From: a virus
Lineage: Duplodnaviria > Caudoviricetes
IMG/VR virus record: IMGVR_UViG_3300017569_000030
Location: 17,472-81,471 of that record
Length of the DNA stretch: 64,000 nucleotides
Reading direction: 5' to 3' (one strand)
The position numbers and the translations under genes are program-made. Every line of letters starts with the position of its first letter. Position 1 is the stretch's first letter. A model generated the notes under the pieces. The model was given only the letters and a program-made list of their open reading frames with translations, searched no databases and was not told the origin of the DNA. Of this stretch, positions 43,201-55,717 are shown piece by piece.

Positions 43201-44590
43201 AATTTATAATATAGAGGATTTATAGTATTATAATTTAGATTTGAACAGTAATGATATGTGTTTTAGTAAGATAGCAACTGTATGTATAGGAGATGATGGT
43301 GATGGTGGTGATCGAACACGTCTTGGTGTTGGTTATCCTACGACACTTGACGGTAATTATATACATAAGGACGGAAATAATGATGTATTTGACCAGGTAA
43401 GGTTTCCATGGAGAGTATCTGGTAAAAATGCTTTAAATTGGTTCAATGAAAAATACCAAATATCTGATGATGGTGAAAATTTATATAATTATATGCCTGG
43501 CATTTGTTTAGTGCTTCTTATACATCACAAGAATTATGGTAATAGGTATCAATTTGTTGATGGATATATGGAATCCAAACATAATGCAATTACAGCTAAT
43601 TCTTCTTATGCATTTACTAAAATGCCGTTTGATGAATTTAAAGGACTCAATTAGAATTTCAATAATGTTTCTACGGATAATTGTGTATGTTTTTTAACTT
43701 GTATGGATGAGAATAATAATGTACATATATTAAACAACGCTTTTAATCTTTATAAGTCGTATAGTTCAAGCAGTGGATTAGGTCTATTTGCTACTACGAA
43801 CATTAATGGAACAACACAAAAGTTTCCTATATCTAATTTAGTAGCATCTCTGTTAAGTTCTATATATTACGGATCTTCAGAATCAGTTAATCAATCAGTT
43901 GTTGTGGTTGATTCTAATATTTATTTAAGTGAACATCTTGTAAATTTTATTAATGATATTGTAATAGACATAAAACCTAAGTCATAGAATTTATCTATCT
44001 TTGAACAAAATGTAGATACTTATAATTAGTATGTTGCAATGCATACACTATCATTTAATAGTTATTTAGGGGAAATACAAAAGCAATTAATAGAAAATGA
44101 TAAATAGGAAGATATTAACACTTCTAATGTCAATTTTATTCTTAATAATACAAGACTTAATGCTCCTCTAGTTATTGCATTGGAATATATACAACCAGAA
44201 TCTAACTCAGAGAACTATAATTCTGTAATTTACACTTTAGATAGTGATATTCCAATTTTATCAAATTAGACCGTTACTTCTAATATGTTATATTATTTAT
44301 CTGATACAAATGAATTAATAAAATTATCTAGTAAATTTCCGTTTAAAGTATATGAGACCTTTAAAGAAAACAACGGAGTAATTCAAAGAAGTGATCCAAA
44401 AATAGTATTAAATAGTGATTTAAATTCAAGTTTTAAGTTATATAATGGAGTTTTAAAATGTACAACATCACATATTGGTGATCGAGGTCCATACGTTTAT
44501 GGAATATCTGGTAAAGAAGAGACATGGTCCGAAATAACTCCTATCATAAAGAAAGAGTCATTAATATATGAAGCAAGATTAGCACAATGA
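40214..44590 (+). CDS. Large tail protein (about 1458 aa)
   Basis: NALNATLITMNGNENALQNDMGNG N terminus; eight track ORFs share this frame; TGA 44588-44590. Confidence 0.75.
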
Positions 44591-47500
44591 GTATTATATG
44601 GAATAAAGTAGTTGGTGATAAGTCAATTAAATTTGGAGTTTTGAGTAAAGTGACTCCGACTAAAGGTAATTTAGTGTATGAATACAATCCTTTTAGAAAT
44701 TATAGACTTACTAACTATAAATTTGAGTACAACAATTAGCTTTACTCATTAAAAGAATTATATAATGATTTTAATATATATCCTATTATAAATACAGGAA
44801 CTTTTTGGAAAGTAAATGGAACTAAGTATTATGATTTTAAGAATACAAATAAAGTTTTAGTAATAGAATAGAGTAATAATGCTATTGTGCTTGAAAATAA
44901 ATCATTACTTTCTGACCAATCTTCTATTCCAACGGAAAATTATTATATATACGATAATTAGATATATCAAAAAGTTGCAACATATAAATTGAATGATACA
45001 GATTATCAAAAGACTTCTGGAAATAAAATAACATTAAACTATTATAAGTATAGTTATAGTGATTCAGAAACTTTCTCTGGAACACAATTAACTTTTTTAA
45101 TTAAAAAGAAAAACTTTGAATATATTTTCTGGCAATGGAGTAAAGCTCCTACACAAGAAACAGAGTTATTAGAATTATATACTAAGTATTCTGATGAAAT
45201 CTATAATGCTTTAAAACAACTTGATTCAATTACTTGGAATGAAAATGCATCTATTAGTATGTATTATCCAGGTGAATTAGTTGATTTTGAAACCGATTAG
45301 TTCTCTTTTTCTATTAATAATCCTGTAAATATAGTTGCTTAGCCTAGTTATGATGGATCTGTTAATTTAATTTTAAATGATGGACTTAATTAGCCGAGAT
45401 TAATTAATAGTAGGTTTAGTTCTACTGGAAGAAATACTTATGAGGTTATAGATAGAAAAGGAAATAACGATACTAATATATATGATTAGGGAGATCAATT
45501 TGATATTGATACTTCTTTATTTAAAAGAGTTACTAAAATTCCGAAAATTACTTTTAATGGAGTATCTGCAGGAGGTAATTTGAAAGTAGGAAATTATCAT
45601 TTCTATTTTAAATTTGCTGATGCAGATGGAAATGAAACTGATTTTATTGGAGAATCTGGTTTAGTAAGCCTTTTTATTGGTTTTGATAATTATGCTTCAG
45701 TACAAACTGGAGAGCGAGATGAGAATAGTTTTAAAACTGTAACATTTACTATTAAGAATATTGATTCAGCTTATCAATATGTTCATGTATATTATTCTCG
45801 AAGTACTGCAGAAATTAATCAAAACGATATTACTCAGTATGTAAAAATTGATAAAAACTTCTTAGTTAATAACGTTGCAGTTTGTACTTGTAATATTACT
45901 GGTTTTGAAAATATTATTGAAGTAACAGCAGAAGATATAAATCCTTTTTATAATATTGTAGATAGTGCTGTAGCACAAACTACATGTTAGAATATGTTAT
46001 TCTTAGGTAATGTACATAAACCAGATATAAATTATAAAGAATTAAGTGATTTATCTTTAAGGTTTTTACCGTATTTGCAAGAAGAATTGTATAATTCAGA
46101 TATAGATTAGAATTATGATATTTCCACCTCTAATAAAGGTTATATTGATCCAAATTTTATTTATAATAAAGTTGGATATTGGCCTAACGAAATATACAGA
46201 CTTGGAGTAGTATATTTACTACCAAATGGAGAATTATCTCCAGTATTTAATATTAGGGGAATACATCAAATTACAGCATACGATGAAAATTTATATACTG
46301 ATTATCCAGTATATAAAGATGGAGAACGAAATTACATACAATATAATGAAGAAACATATTATTTAATAGAATCTACATCAAATAAAAGCTATGAAAATGT
46401 TAAAGGTGTTTTAACTTTAGAGCAAGGATCTGACACTAATACAATATATTCTATTAATATTAAAGTAGATGCAGAAGTAATTTCTGAATTAAAAAAATAT
46501 GTTAAAGGTTATTTCTTTGTAAGACAAAAACGTATTCCTACTGTATTAGCACAAGGAATTACTATAGGAATTGATAGAGAATCTGGAACACCAACTATTC
46601 CTACTGCTGATGGATTTTTAAGTGATTTATCAAATTCTTTAGATTCTACTTATGTAGAAACTTCTGATATTAATGGAGTGAATTTTATATCTGAAGGATT
46701 TTTGCATCGCTACACTTTTTCTTTAAAAAAGAAAAGTTCTGGATTATTTAGTAGTATCTTAAAAGGAATAGCAATAGGTGTTGCTGTTGTAGCATTAGCT
46801 GTAGCCACCGTATATACTGCAGGAGCTGCAGGAGCTTTAGCTGCAGGACTCACATTAAGTGGGGCTATAACTGCAGGAGCAACTGCTGTTACTACTACTG
46901 CTGCTGCTGTATTAGGAGCAACAACTGTTGCTGCTGTTGGTGGAGGATTAGCTGCTGCAGGTATTACTGCTGCTGCTGTTGGTTTAACAGTAGGAGCAAC
47001 TATTGCAACTGCAGGAGCAATTCAAGAAATAAGGTATGGTATATCTTCAATGATTTAGCATAGTAAAAAAGAATTAAAGGGACGAGATACCGAAATACCT
47101 TCTGGATATAAAAGGGTCGAAAATGATGACTCTAGGAAATTAACACAAAGTTATTTGGATAGGCTCATTATTAAGGATCAAAACTATAATATTAATTGTG
47201 GTATATTATGTCCCGATTATGAAGTTAACCAACCTTATTTTAATTCAATCTTTACTGGTAATGAACATTATATAGAATTGACTAAAACACAAGGAATAAA
47301 TGAATTAAATGGTCTTGATTCTAATTATTTCTCAAATGATACAGAAAGACATTTTTATATTCCTTCTTACTATGATAATTCTTCAATACAAAGTTACACA
47401 TTTAAAATTGTTCCAGTAGGGGATAATGTAAAATGTGCGGGAGTTGATGATACTATCTTTAGGGCTAGAGCAGGAGAAGCTGAAGAAGCTTGGAGATATG

Positions 47501-50500
47501 AATGTATTGGAGAAGATTACAAATCTGATCAAGTTAAAGGTTCTAGTTCTGAAGATGAAGAAACTATATCAAATAAAAAGATAAATAGTGACATTATTAG
47601 AGGTAGTTTTGGACCATATTTAGCAATAAATAATTTATAGAATAGATTAGGAACAGCTAAAACTGTAAATATATATATTCCAGGTTATAGTAAAACTAAT
47701 ATGGAAAAATACTTCTATTTAAGAATGGAAGATACTTCTACATTTGAAGCTATTTCTGAAAGATTTGATATAAACGATTTAATGGATTATTCAGATAAAA
47801 CTTATATTTCTGACAATGTTTCAGAATATAATTTCTATTTATACAGAGGAGATTGTTATTTATGTTAGTTTACACATAGAGTAAATAGAAATTTTAACGA
47901 TCCAAGTTCACCTTATAATGATGAAATTGTAGACGAGGATTGTTGGAAAGAAAATTATGATCCACAAAATACTGAAAAATATGAAGAAATAAATCTTGGA
48001 GATGTTAATGCAATTCAACTCGGAATGTGGTGTACGTTTAGAGTTCGGTCAACATATAATTTGAATATAAGAACTGTTGATAATTCTAATGTAGATGAAA
48101 TTGCCATGACAGGCCATCCTAGAGCATATTTTCCATTTTAGGATATGAGTGTCGAAGGTTCTTACAAACATCCAGAAGCACAAGTATATAATCAAGGATT
48201 TGAAAGATCTTTAAGTGAAAGATATAACTTTGAAGTACCTGATGTTCCATATATTAAAAACTGGTTTAAAACACGTATTATGTATTCTGATGTTCATGTA
48301 AATGATGCATTTAAGAATGGATATAGAGTATTTCAAGGAACACACTATCGAGACTATACTAGAGAATATGGAGAAATAGTTAAATTAGTAACAATTAAAT
48401 CCAATATTCTTTGTATATTTGAACACGCTGTTGCACTTATTCCTGTTAATGAACGCGCATTAGCCGCTCAAGGTGATGGTGGAAACGCATATATCAACAC
48501 ATCTAATGTATTACCTGAGAATCCTAAAATTATTTCCGATACTTTTGGTAGTCAATGGGCTGATAGTATTGTTAAAACATCTGGAATCTTTGGAGACTCT
48601 ATTTAGTATGTATATGGTGTTGATACTATTGCAAAGAAAATTTGGCGTACAGATGGTACAAGTTTAACTTGTATTTCTGATTTTGCAGTTCAAGAGTTTT
48701 TAAATAACAATATTACACTAGGAGAACGTGAATTAACCCCAACTATAGGTATTAGAAATGTTAAATCATTCTATAATGCTTATAAGAGAGATGTTCTGTT
48801 TACATTCTATGATAATACTTATGGATTTGAAGAATGTGTCTGGAATTTATGTTGGAATGAACTATTAAGTAAATGGGTTACATATTATAGTTGGGTTCCA
48901 AGTGCTATGGAAAATATTAATAATATTCCATTCTCATTTAATAGAAATACATCTAAATGGATTGCTAAATTAGGAACAAGTCATACTAATAGTTCATTTG
49001 CTGATGGCATTACTTTAACCAATTCAATAATTAATAATAATTCTAGCGACGGATGGATTGTTGATAATAGAGAATTTACTGTATAGTATGTTAATACGTC
49101 TGGAGAATTAACAAATAAAACCTATAGAATATCTACATGTAATAATACTAATTACATTGGTATGTTATCGTTAAGCAACAGAGTTCTGCCAGATTACAAT
49201 TTCTTCTATACAGTCGATTTTAGTATTGAACGAGATAATTATTAGAATTATAAATATTTTAATGTCGAGCCGTTCTCGGGAACAGTTGTTGTAACTGATC
49301 TTTATGGTGATACAAATACATATTCAATAAACAATGGAGTATTTACACTTGGAGGTTTCGGTATTTCAGATGCTAAATACTCTGGTAAGTCAATAAAATT
49401 ATATTGTTTAACACTTAAATCTGGATATTCTCCTCGGAATTTAATGTCAGAATTATATTATCGTAATTCAGCAGGTAATAGTTATGCAGATGATTCTAAG
49501 AATAGAATAACAACAAGTAATTTATTATCAGAGTCAGACACATATTTTACTTATCCAATTTATAAAAATAAAGCAGGAAAACGAGAATGTTTAGATAATC
49601 CAATAAATAAAACTAATATAGTTACTTTACTTAATATTCGTGCTACTATTGATTTAACTCCAGAATCAAATAAGAATGATGATTATTATAATATGATTGC
49701 TACCTATAATGAAGAAACAAGCAAAGTAGGAAGTAATTATTATTCATCAGTTATAGCATTAACTCCAAAATGGAATCTTCAATTCTTATCTACAGATTTC
49801 TGGAAGCACGGATAGGCAGGTATTATAGATATATCAGATGATCTTTATCCTACTTATTGGTATGGAGAACAACATCCATTTGAATTTGAGTTTGTAGTAG
49901 TTGATAATGCTCAAACACATAAAATCTTTGATAACTTAGAAATTATAAGTAATAATGCAGAACCAGAATCATTCCACTATGAAATAGTTGGAGATTGTTA
50001 TGACTTTGCAGACGATAAGAAGAATATGTATATTAGATAGGAAGCTACTAAAGAACTTTATTAGTATAATGGAGTTGATGTAGTATATGATCATGATTAT
50101 ACTAAATTAGAAGAAGAGCAGCGACCTATTGAAGGCTCAAATTATTATGATAAATCTACTTTATTACCTCTTTGGTATACTCGCCAAGATACTATAAACG
50201 AAATTGAGGATCATTATCATTTAAAAGATGGAATTAGTTCATCTAAAGATTTTTCAGCTATGGCAGGAGGAGAAATTGTTAAATATTAGAATTTAGGAGA
50301 ATTTAGAATTTGGAATCATGCTAAAGCTGTCGATATAAGAGATAATGGAGGAAGGCTTAGAGGTAATATGCAATATAAAGAAGATAGATGGTTTATTCAA
50401 ATCAATCCTCTTAATATTGTTTAGAAAAATGAGAGTGCTTGGACAAACGGTAAGATACCAATTGAATTAGGACAAAGTCCTCTTCCAGATACTATATTAG

Positions 50501-50718
50501 AAAAAGGACACTTTGATATTCCTAGTGCAGATGAAAGTGAAAGTCTTTATAATAGAGATATGGTTAATTGGAATTGGGCTGAAATTAATTCTTCTCAAAT
50601 TAGACATTCTGAATCTAAATTAAAAGATAAATGGATAAAAATTCGTATTAGATACAAAGGAGATAAATTAGCTGTAATAACAGCTATACGTACATTATAT
50701 AGTATAAGTTATGCTTAA
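44587..50718 (+). CDS. Very large tail (muzzle/stabilisation-like) protein (about 2043 aa)
   Basis: GNLVYEYNPFRNYR start; six track ORFs share frame 1; C-terminal KLKDKWIKIRIRYKG; TAA 50716-50718. Confidence 0.75.
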
Positions 50719-52657
50719 AAAATATGATTTTGGGGGAACATTTAGTTTTTCTAGTTCCCCCCTTTCTACTCTATATCCAAGTACTTCTCCATATAAAGCA
50801 CCAAATTATAACAATAGTTCAGATTTAGCTCTAAAGTTAGGATTACTTTTGTCAAGATCTTCAAATAATGATAATGCCAATATTGGTTAGAATTTAGTAA
50901 ACTCTGCTATTAATTAGACTACATCTTTATCTTATTTAAATGATTCTAGTTAGACTTCTAATAATTCTACTTATTTAAATCAAGGATTTTCTGCTTTAAA
51001 TTAGATAGGAAATTAGGTTGGAGGAAAAACAGGTCATGTAATTTCTGGATTAAGTAATATCGGAACTAATATTCAAAGAGTATCTGAAGCATTTAAAAAA
51101 GGTTCTACTGCTACTAAAGCAGCAAAAGCAGGATCTGTTGGAGGAACAATAGGTGCAGTTGCAGATACTTTAGATGTATTTATGCCAGAAAAAACTGAAT
51201 ATAATGGACCAAAAGGTGATATTACTCGTACCGCTGATTCTGTATATGATAGTATATCTGACGCTGCAATGATGATGGGTCCTTATGGAGCGTTAGTTGG
51301 AGGTATAATGAAAGGTGGAAAGCTATTAGGTAAAGGAGTTAATGCTTTAGGTGGCGGAACAGACTCAATGACAACCACAGATGCAGTTTTAGGATCTTCT
51401 TTTCTTAATTTGACTCCTATAGGTTTAATAAATGGATTTGGAGGTAAAAAAACCGATACTATTTATAAAAATAATCAAGCTTTTGAAACTGTTGGGGCAT
51501 CATATACTGGAACAAATAATACTGTTGATAATGCTCTTTAGTATAGTGGGAAAAAATATGGATTGTTTAGTTCTGGTAGTAGAAAAAAAGCAAACAGAAA
51601 AATTGCAGAAGCCAACCGTTAGCAAGGAATTGTTACTAATATTGCAGACACAACTCGCGATCAATTAGAATTAAGAACTAGTATGTCGGCATTAAATGGA
51701 ATTAACCGAGCTATTGATTTATATGGAGGATATGATTAGTCAGCTGTTAGAGTAGGAAGAAAAGGTATGTCTTTAGAGAAACTACATAATAGTATGAAAA
51801 TAGTTAGAGCCTAGAAAGGAACTAAAATAAGATATACTTCTAAACCTACTTATAATGAATGGTTATCAAAAGTTCCAAAAGATAGATTATCACCTAACTA
51901 TGATTTAGAAAGAGCTTATAAATATCTGCCATTAGATATGTTAGAAGATTGGAGATTATCCTCTACAGAGGATTTAAAAAATGGCAAGAATCATTTAAAG
52001 TCTATATATCCTATCGGCGAAGATTATATTTTTTTAAAACTAGGAACTAATAATCCTACAGATTCTAACTATAATCCAGAATTACATTATGAAACTGATA
52101 CATATTATAATGGATCAAACGGATTAAAAGAAACACACGATTTAGTTTATGATGGGGATAGATACTACTATCGTAAGAAAAAAACTAAAATAACTAAAGA
52201 AAATCCTAATTCAGAAGAAAATACTCCAGAATTTAAAGAAGGGGGTTCTATTGAATTAGTAGATCCTACTTTAATTGTGGAAGAACATGATTCTATTATA
52301 GAATTAGTTGATCCTACTACTGAGGATGATATAGAAGAATTTAAGGAAGGTGGTTCTATTAATGTAATTCCTGACGGTGCACTTCATGCTAGACTTCATC
52401 ACATGGAAAATGATGAGAATATAACTAAAAAAGGTATTCCTGTAGTTGATAATGACGGAGAATAGCAGGCTGAAATAGAATAGGGAGAGATAATATATAG
52501 GAAAGAAGTAACTTAGAAATTAGAGGAATTAGAGAAAAAATATAGCGATGAAAGTACTTCTGAAAAAGAAAAAGATGAATTTGCTTTAGAAGCAGGAAAA
52601 TTAATCGCAGAAGAAACATTAAATAATACTTCTGATAATACAAATACTTTATTATGA
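50711..52657 (+). CDS. Putative ejection/cargo protein (648 aa)
   Basis: Ser/Asn/Gly-rich N half, FKEGGSI twice, NVIPDGALHARLHH; TGA 52655-52657. Confidence 0.7.
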
Positions 52658-53430
52658 ATAATATAAGATATTAGAGACCTATAGCTAAATTTTAGTACGG
52701 AGGAAGAGCTATTGCTATTGCTAGAGAGCCAGCTCTGCTAGATTATATAGATGATGCTGTTTCATCCATAGGTAAATCTGGAGCTTTATCTAAAGTAGGA
52801 ACTGTTGTAAAAGGATTAGTTAAAGCTAACCCAGTGGCAACTTTTGTTTCTGCATTATTAACTCCAACTCCTACATCAGCTTCAGATACAATAACAGCTC
52901 AAAGAGAGATGTTAAATGAGGGTAGAAGAATGATTGCAGAATAGCAAGCAGCTGCTAAATCAAAAGTAAAACCAGAAACGAAACCAAAGACTAAATCGAA
53001 AGTTAAACCGAAAACTGAAGCTGAACCTACTGCAAAACCGAAAACTGAAGCTGAACCTACTGCAAAACCAAAAGCTAAACCAACATTACGTCAGCGAATC
53101 GGAGATAAAATTGCAGGAAGATCTTAGTCCACATCTTCTCAAACTCCTCAAGATCCAATAGAAAAACCTTGGTATAAAAAGAAATGGCCTTATATTACTG
53201 GAGGTATAGTATATAGTAATTATGCTTTAAGAAATAATCTTATAAACCCTGCTATTAAAACATGGGTAAGCGGACCTGATACTACTTCAGTATAGCGACC
53301 AAATACACAAACAGCATAGTCAGAAATATATCAGCCTGTAGTACAAAATAATGATACTGTTGTACAAAGTGATGCTGCATTTATTCCAGGAGATAGTATA
53401 ACAATAGGCGGTTAGACCTATGGAAGATAA
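52654..53430 (+). CDS. Putative cargo protein (258 aa) with Lys/Pro/Thr linker
   Basis: AKFQYGG near the start; missing from the ORF track; TAA 53428-53430. Confidence 0.68.
53005..53069 (+). repeat. 30-nt tandem repeat x2 (AAACCGAAAACTGAAGCTGAACCTACTGCA), KPKTEAEPTA
   Basis: Read directly. Confidence 0.9.
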
Positions 53431-53454
53431 TTGATCTCAATAAAAAAAAAAACA

Positions 53455-54714
53455 ATGAGTACCCCTAAAGGAGCAATTAAAAAGAATGGTAAATGGGTAA
53501 CTAAAACCACTGGAACTGAATTACATTATACTGGTGGAGGAACAGATTATAGTTATTATGCAATAGGCGCAGATGGAAAACCTTATTTTTATGACCCAAA
53601 CACAGGTAAGTTTACCGCAAGAAAGGCATATCGTCCAAATCCTAGCAAAAATAAAAGTGTAAAAGCACAAGAAGCTGCTTATGCTAAATAGAATACTTTA
53701 CGTGGTAATAAGTATAATGCATCTAGAAATAATATGCAATTAGCAGCAAGTGATTTAAGTAATCACTTTAAAACATTTAAAGAAGCATTTGATTATGCGA
53801 GATCAGTAGGTGCTTCGGGTTTATTATGGAAAGGTGGAAGTTATAATACAAGATCTAAGGGTGAAACTGTAGAAGAATGGCAGAATCAAATGAAAGCTAA
53901 TAGTAAAAATCCTGTTTCTTCCGAATTTACTACTGGTGCTATGGGTATTTATAATAATGGCAAATATCTAAGTGAAGTAGATGAAAATGGAAATTATGGT
54001 TAGAAGAAAATGGGTGATACCGAAACCGTAATCGAAGGAAAGAAAGTACCTGTTGTGAGATCTAAAAAAGCAACTTATCATTATTCTTCTGCCTATGATC
54101 CTTATATGTTTGGTAATATAATGGGAATGTTTAGTCCTACTAATCAAATTGGAGCTATTTCAAGAGCTACTAGAGGAGAAGGTGGTTCTTGGGGTTAGAG
54201 ATACTTTGATAATCTTATAGGATTAACTAGTTCTACTGCACCTTTTTAGAATAAAGGGTTAGCTAGTATAAGTTCTGGTATAGAACAATTAGCAGATGAA
54301 CATCCTTATACAAATGCTGCTGTTAATATGGTAGTAGATGCTGTAGCTTTAGGAGGACCTAAAAGAATACCTGAACAAAAAATTCCTATTAGAAAATGGG
54401 GATGGAAAAATAGATATAAAAGAGTACCTACTTCTACTGAAGTTCCTGTTGATGAAGGATATATAAATGTAAATCCATTTAATCCAAACGCAGGATAGTT
54501 TATAAAAACAGGAGAAGGGACTGCTACTATTCCAGGAAAGTCAGTAAGAGTTGAAAGACCTTAGTCAGAATGGAAAAGAGTATAGAGAACTACTGGTTAT
54601 ACCACAATACCGGCATCTTGGGATTTTGACGCAGGAACTAGTCTTCTTGGAGGTTTTGCTTCTGCAAATAGCAGTTAGGATTTATTAAATAGAAGTAATG
54701 AAAATAACAATTAA
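53455..54714 (+). CDS. Hypothetical cargo-cluster protein (419 aa)
   Basis: Three track ORFs in one frame through TAG; TAA 54712-54714. Confidence 0.68.
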
Positions 54715-55276
54715 TAATAAAGAGTATAATGTAAAAGAAGCTCATTCTGAAGAGGAAAAAGAGAGAGGTTTACAAGGAATAGAGAATTTAGGAGAAAGTG
54801 AAGGTATGCTTTTTTTCTTTGATCCTCCAGAGATTGTAGAATTTTATATGAAAGATACTCTTATTCCACTTGATATTATATTTATCAATGAAGATCAAGA
54901 GGTAATCAAAGTTGCTAAGGGCAAACCAAATGATGAAACTCTCATTTCCTCAGATGAAGAAGTTGCTTATGTCTTAGAAGTAAATCAAGATTCTAAAATT
55001 AAAGTAGGGGATGAACTAGATTTTTCAGACGAAAAACTTCCAGTAATGAAAGTATTAGCCCAAGACGGTAGTACACAAATGGAATTATGGGGAGGGGAAC
55101 GAATTTTCCGTAGAACATTTACAAAATAGTTAATTAATTTAGTTAAAAAATCAAAAGAATTAAAAGATGATGAAGAAAAACTAAATTCTTTGTATAAACG
55201 AATTGGGAGAAAAATGTTTAAAGAGATTCAAGCTCAAAATAATCGTCCTAATGAATATGTTAAATCTCCCAATTAA
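54698..55276 (+). CDS. DUF192-domain protein (192 aa)
   Basis: RGLQG..EGMLFFF..FYMKDTLIPLDIIFI; extends through TAG 55127 to TAA 55274-55276. Confidence 0.8.
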
Positions 55277-55289
55277 AAAGAAAATATAT

Positions 55290-55320
55290 TTGGAATAATC
55301 AACTTTAATTAGTATTTTTG
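55290..55320 (+). promoter_or_regulatory. Promoter TTGG-N19-TATTTTTG
   Basis: Same spacing as the other three; the -7 box fits TAnnTTTG. Confidence 0.6.
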
Positions 55321-55362
55321 ACTTAAACTTAGTTTAATTAATTAATTAAAATTTTAAAAATT

Positions 55363-55653
55363 ATGCGTATAATACCTAAATTTTAGCAAGGTGGTCCTAT
55401 GGGTGCTGAAGCACCTGTAGAAGAGCCTATGGCAAGTGCACCAGAGGAAGCACCTGTACAAGAGCAGCAAGATCCAATAATGATGTTAGCACAAATGAGT
55501 GCTCAAGCACTTCAAAGTCAAGATTGTCAGATAGCAATGCAAGTATGTCAAGCATTTTTGGAAATGATGCAACAGAATCAAGCTCCTCAAGAAGCTTAGG
55601 GTGAGCCAGTCTTTCGTAAAGGAGGTAAACTTGCCTATAGAATTAAGAAATAA
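55363..55653 (+). CDS. Small Gln/Met/Pro-rich protein (96 aa) bracketed by KFQQGG and FRKGG
   Basis: ATG 55363; TAA 55651-55653. Confidence 0.75.
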
Positions 55654-55669
55654 TAATTATTTAATTTAG

Positions 55670-55706
55670 ATGGGAGCATATAATTAAATATATGTTCCCA
55701 TTTTTA
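55670..55706 (+). terminator. Terminator-like hairpin
   Basis: ATGGGAGCATATA/TATATGTTCCCAT followed by Ts. Confidence 0.7.
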
Positions 55707-55717
55707 GTTTAAATATT

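Noticed and set aside
8580-52643. Minus-strand ORFs (e.g. 8580, 9021, 17035, 25639, 27153, 37201, 52425)
   Set aside because: Antisense shadows of well-supported + strand genes with no recognisable motifs; 17035-17397 simply overlies VR2.
53442-53452. A11 run as a phase-variation tract
   Set aside because: Intergenic and just before an ATG; consistent with the A-rich initiation regions of Bacteroidetes.
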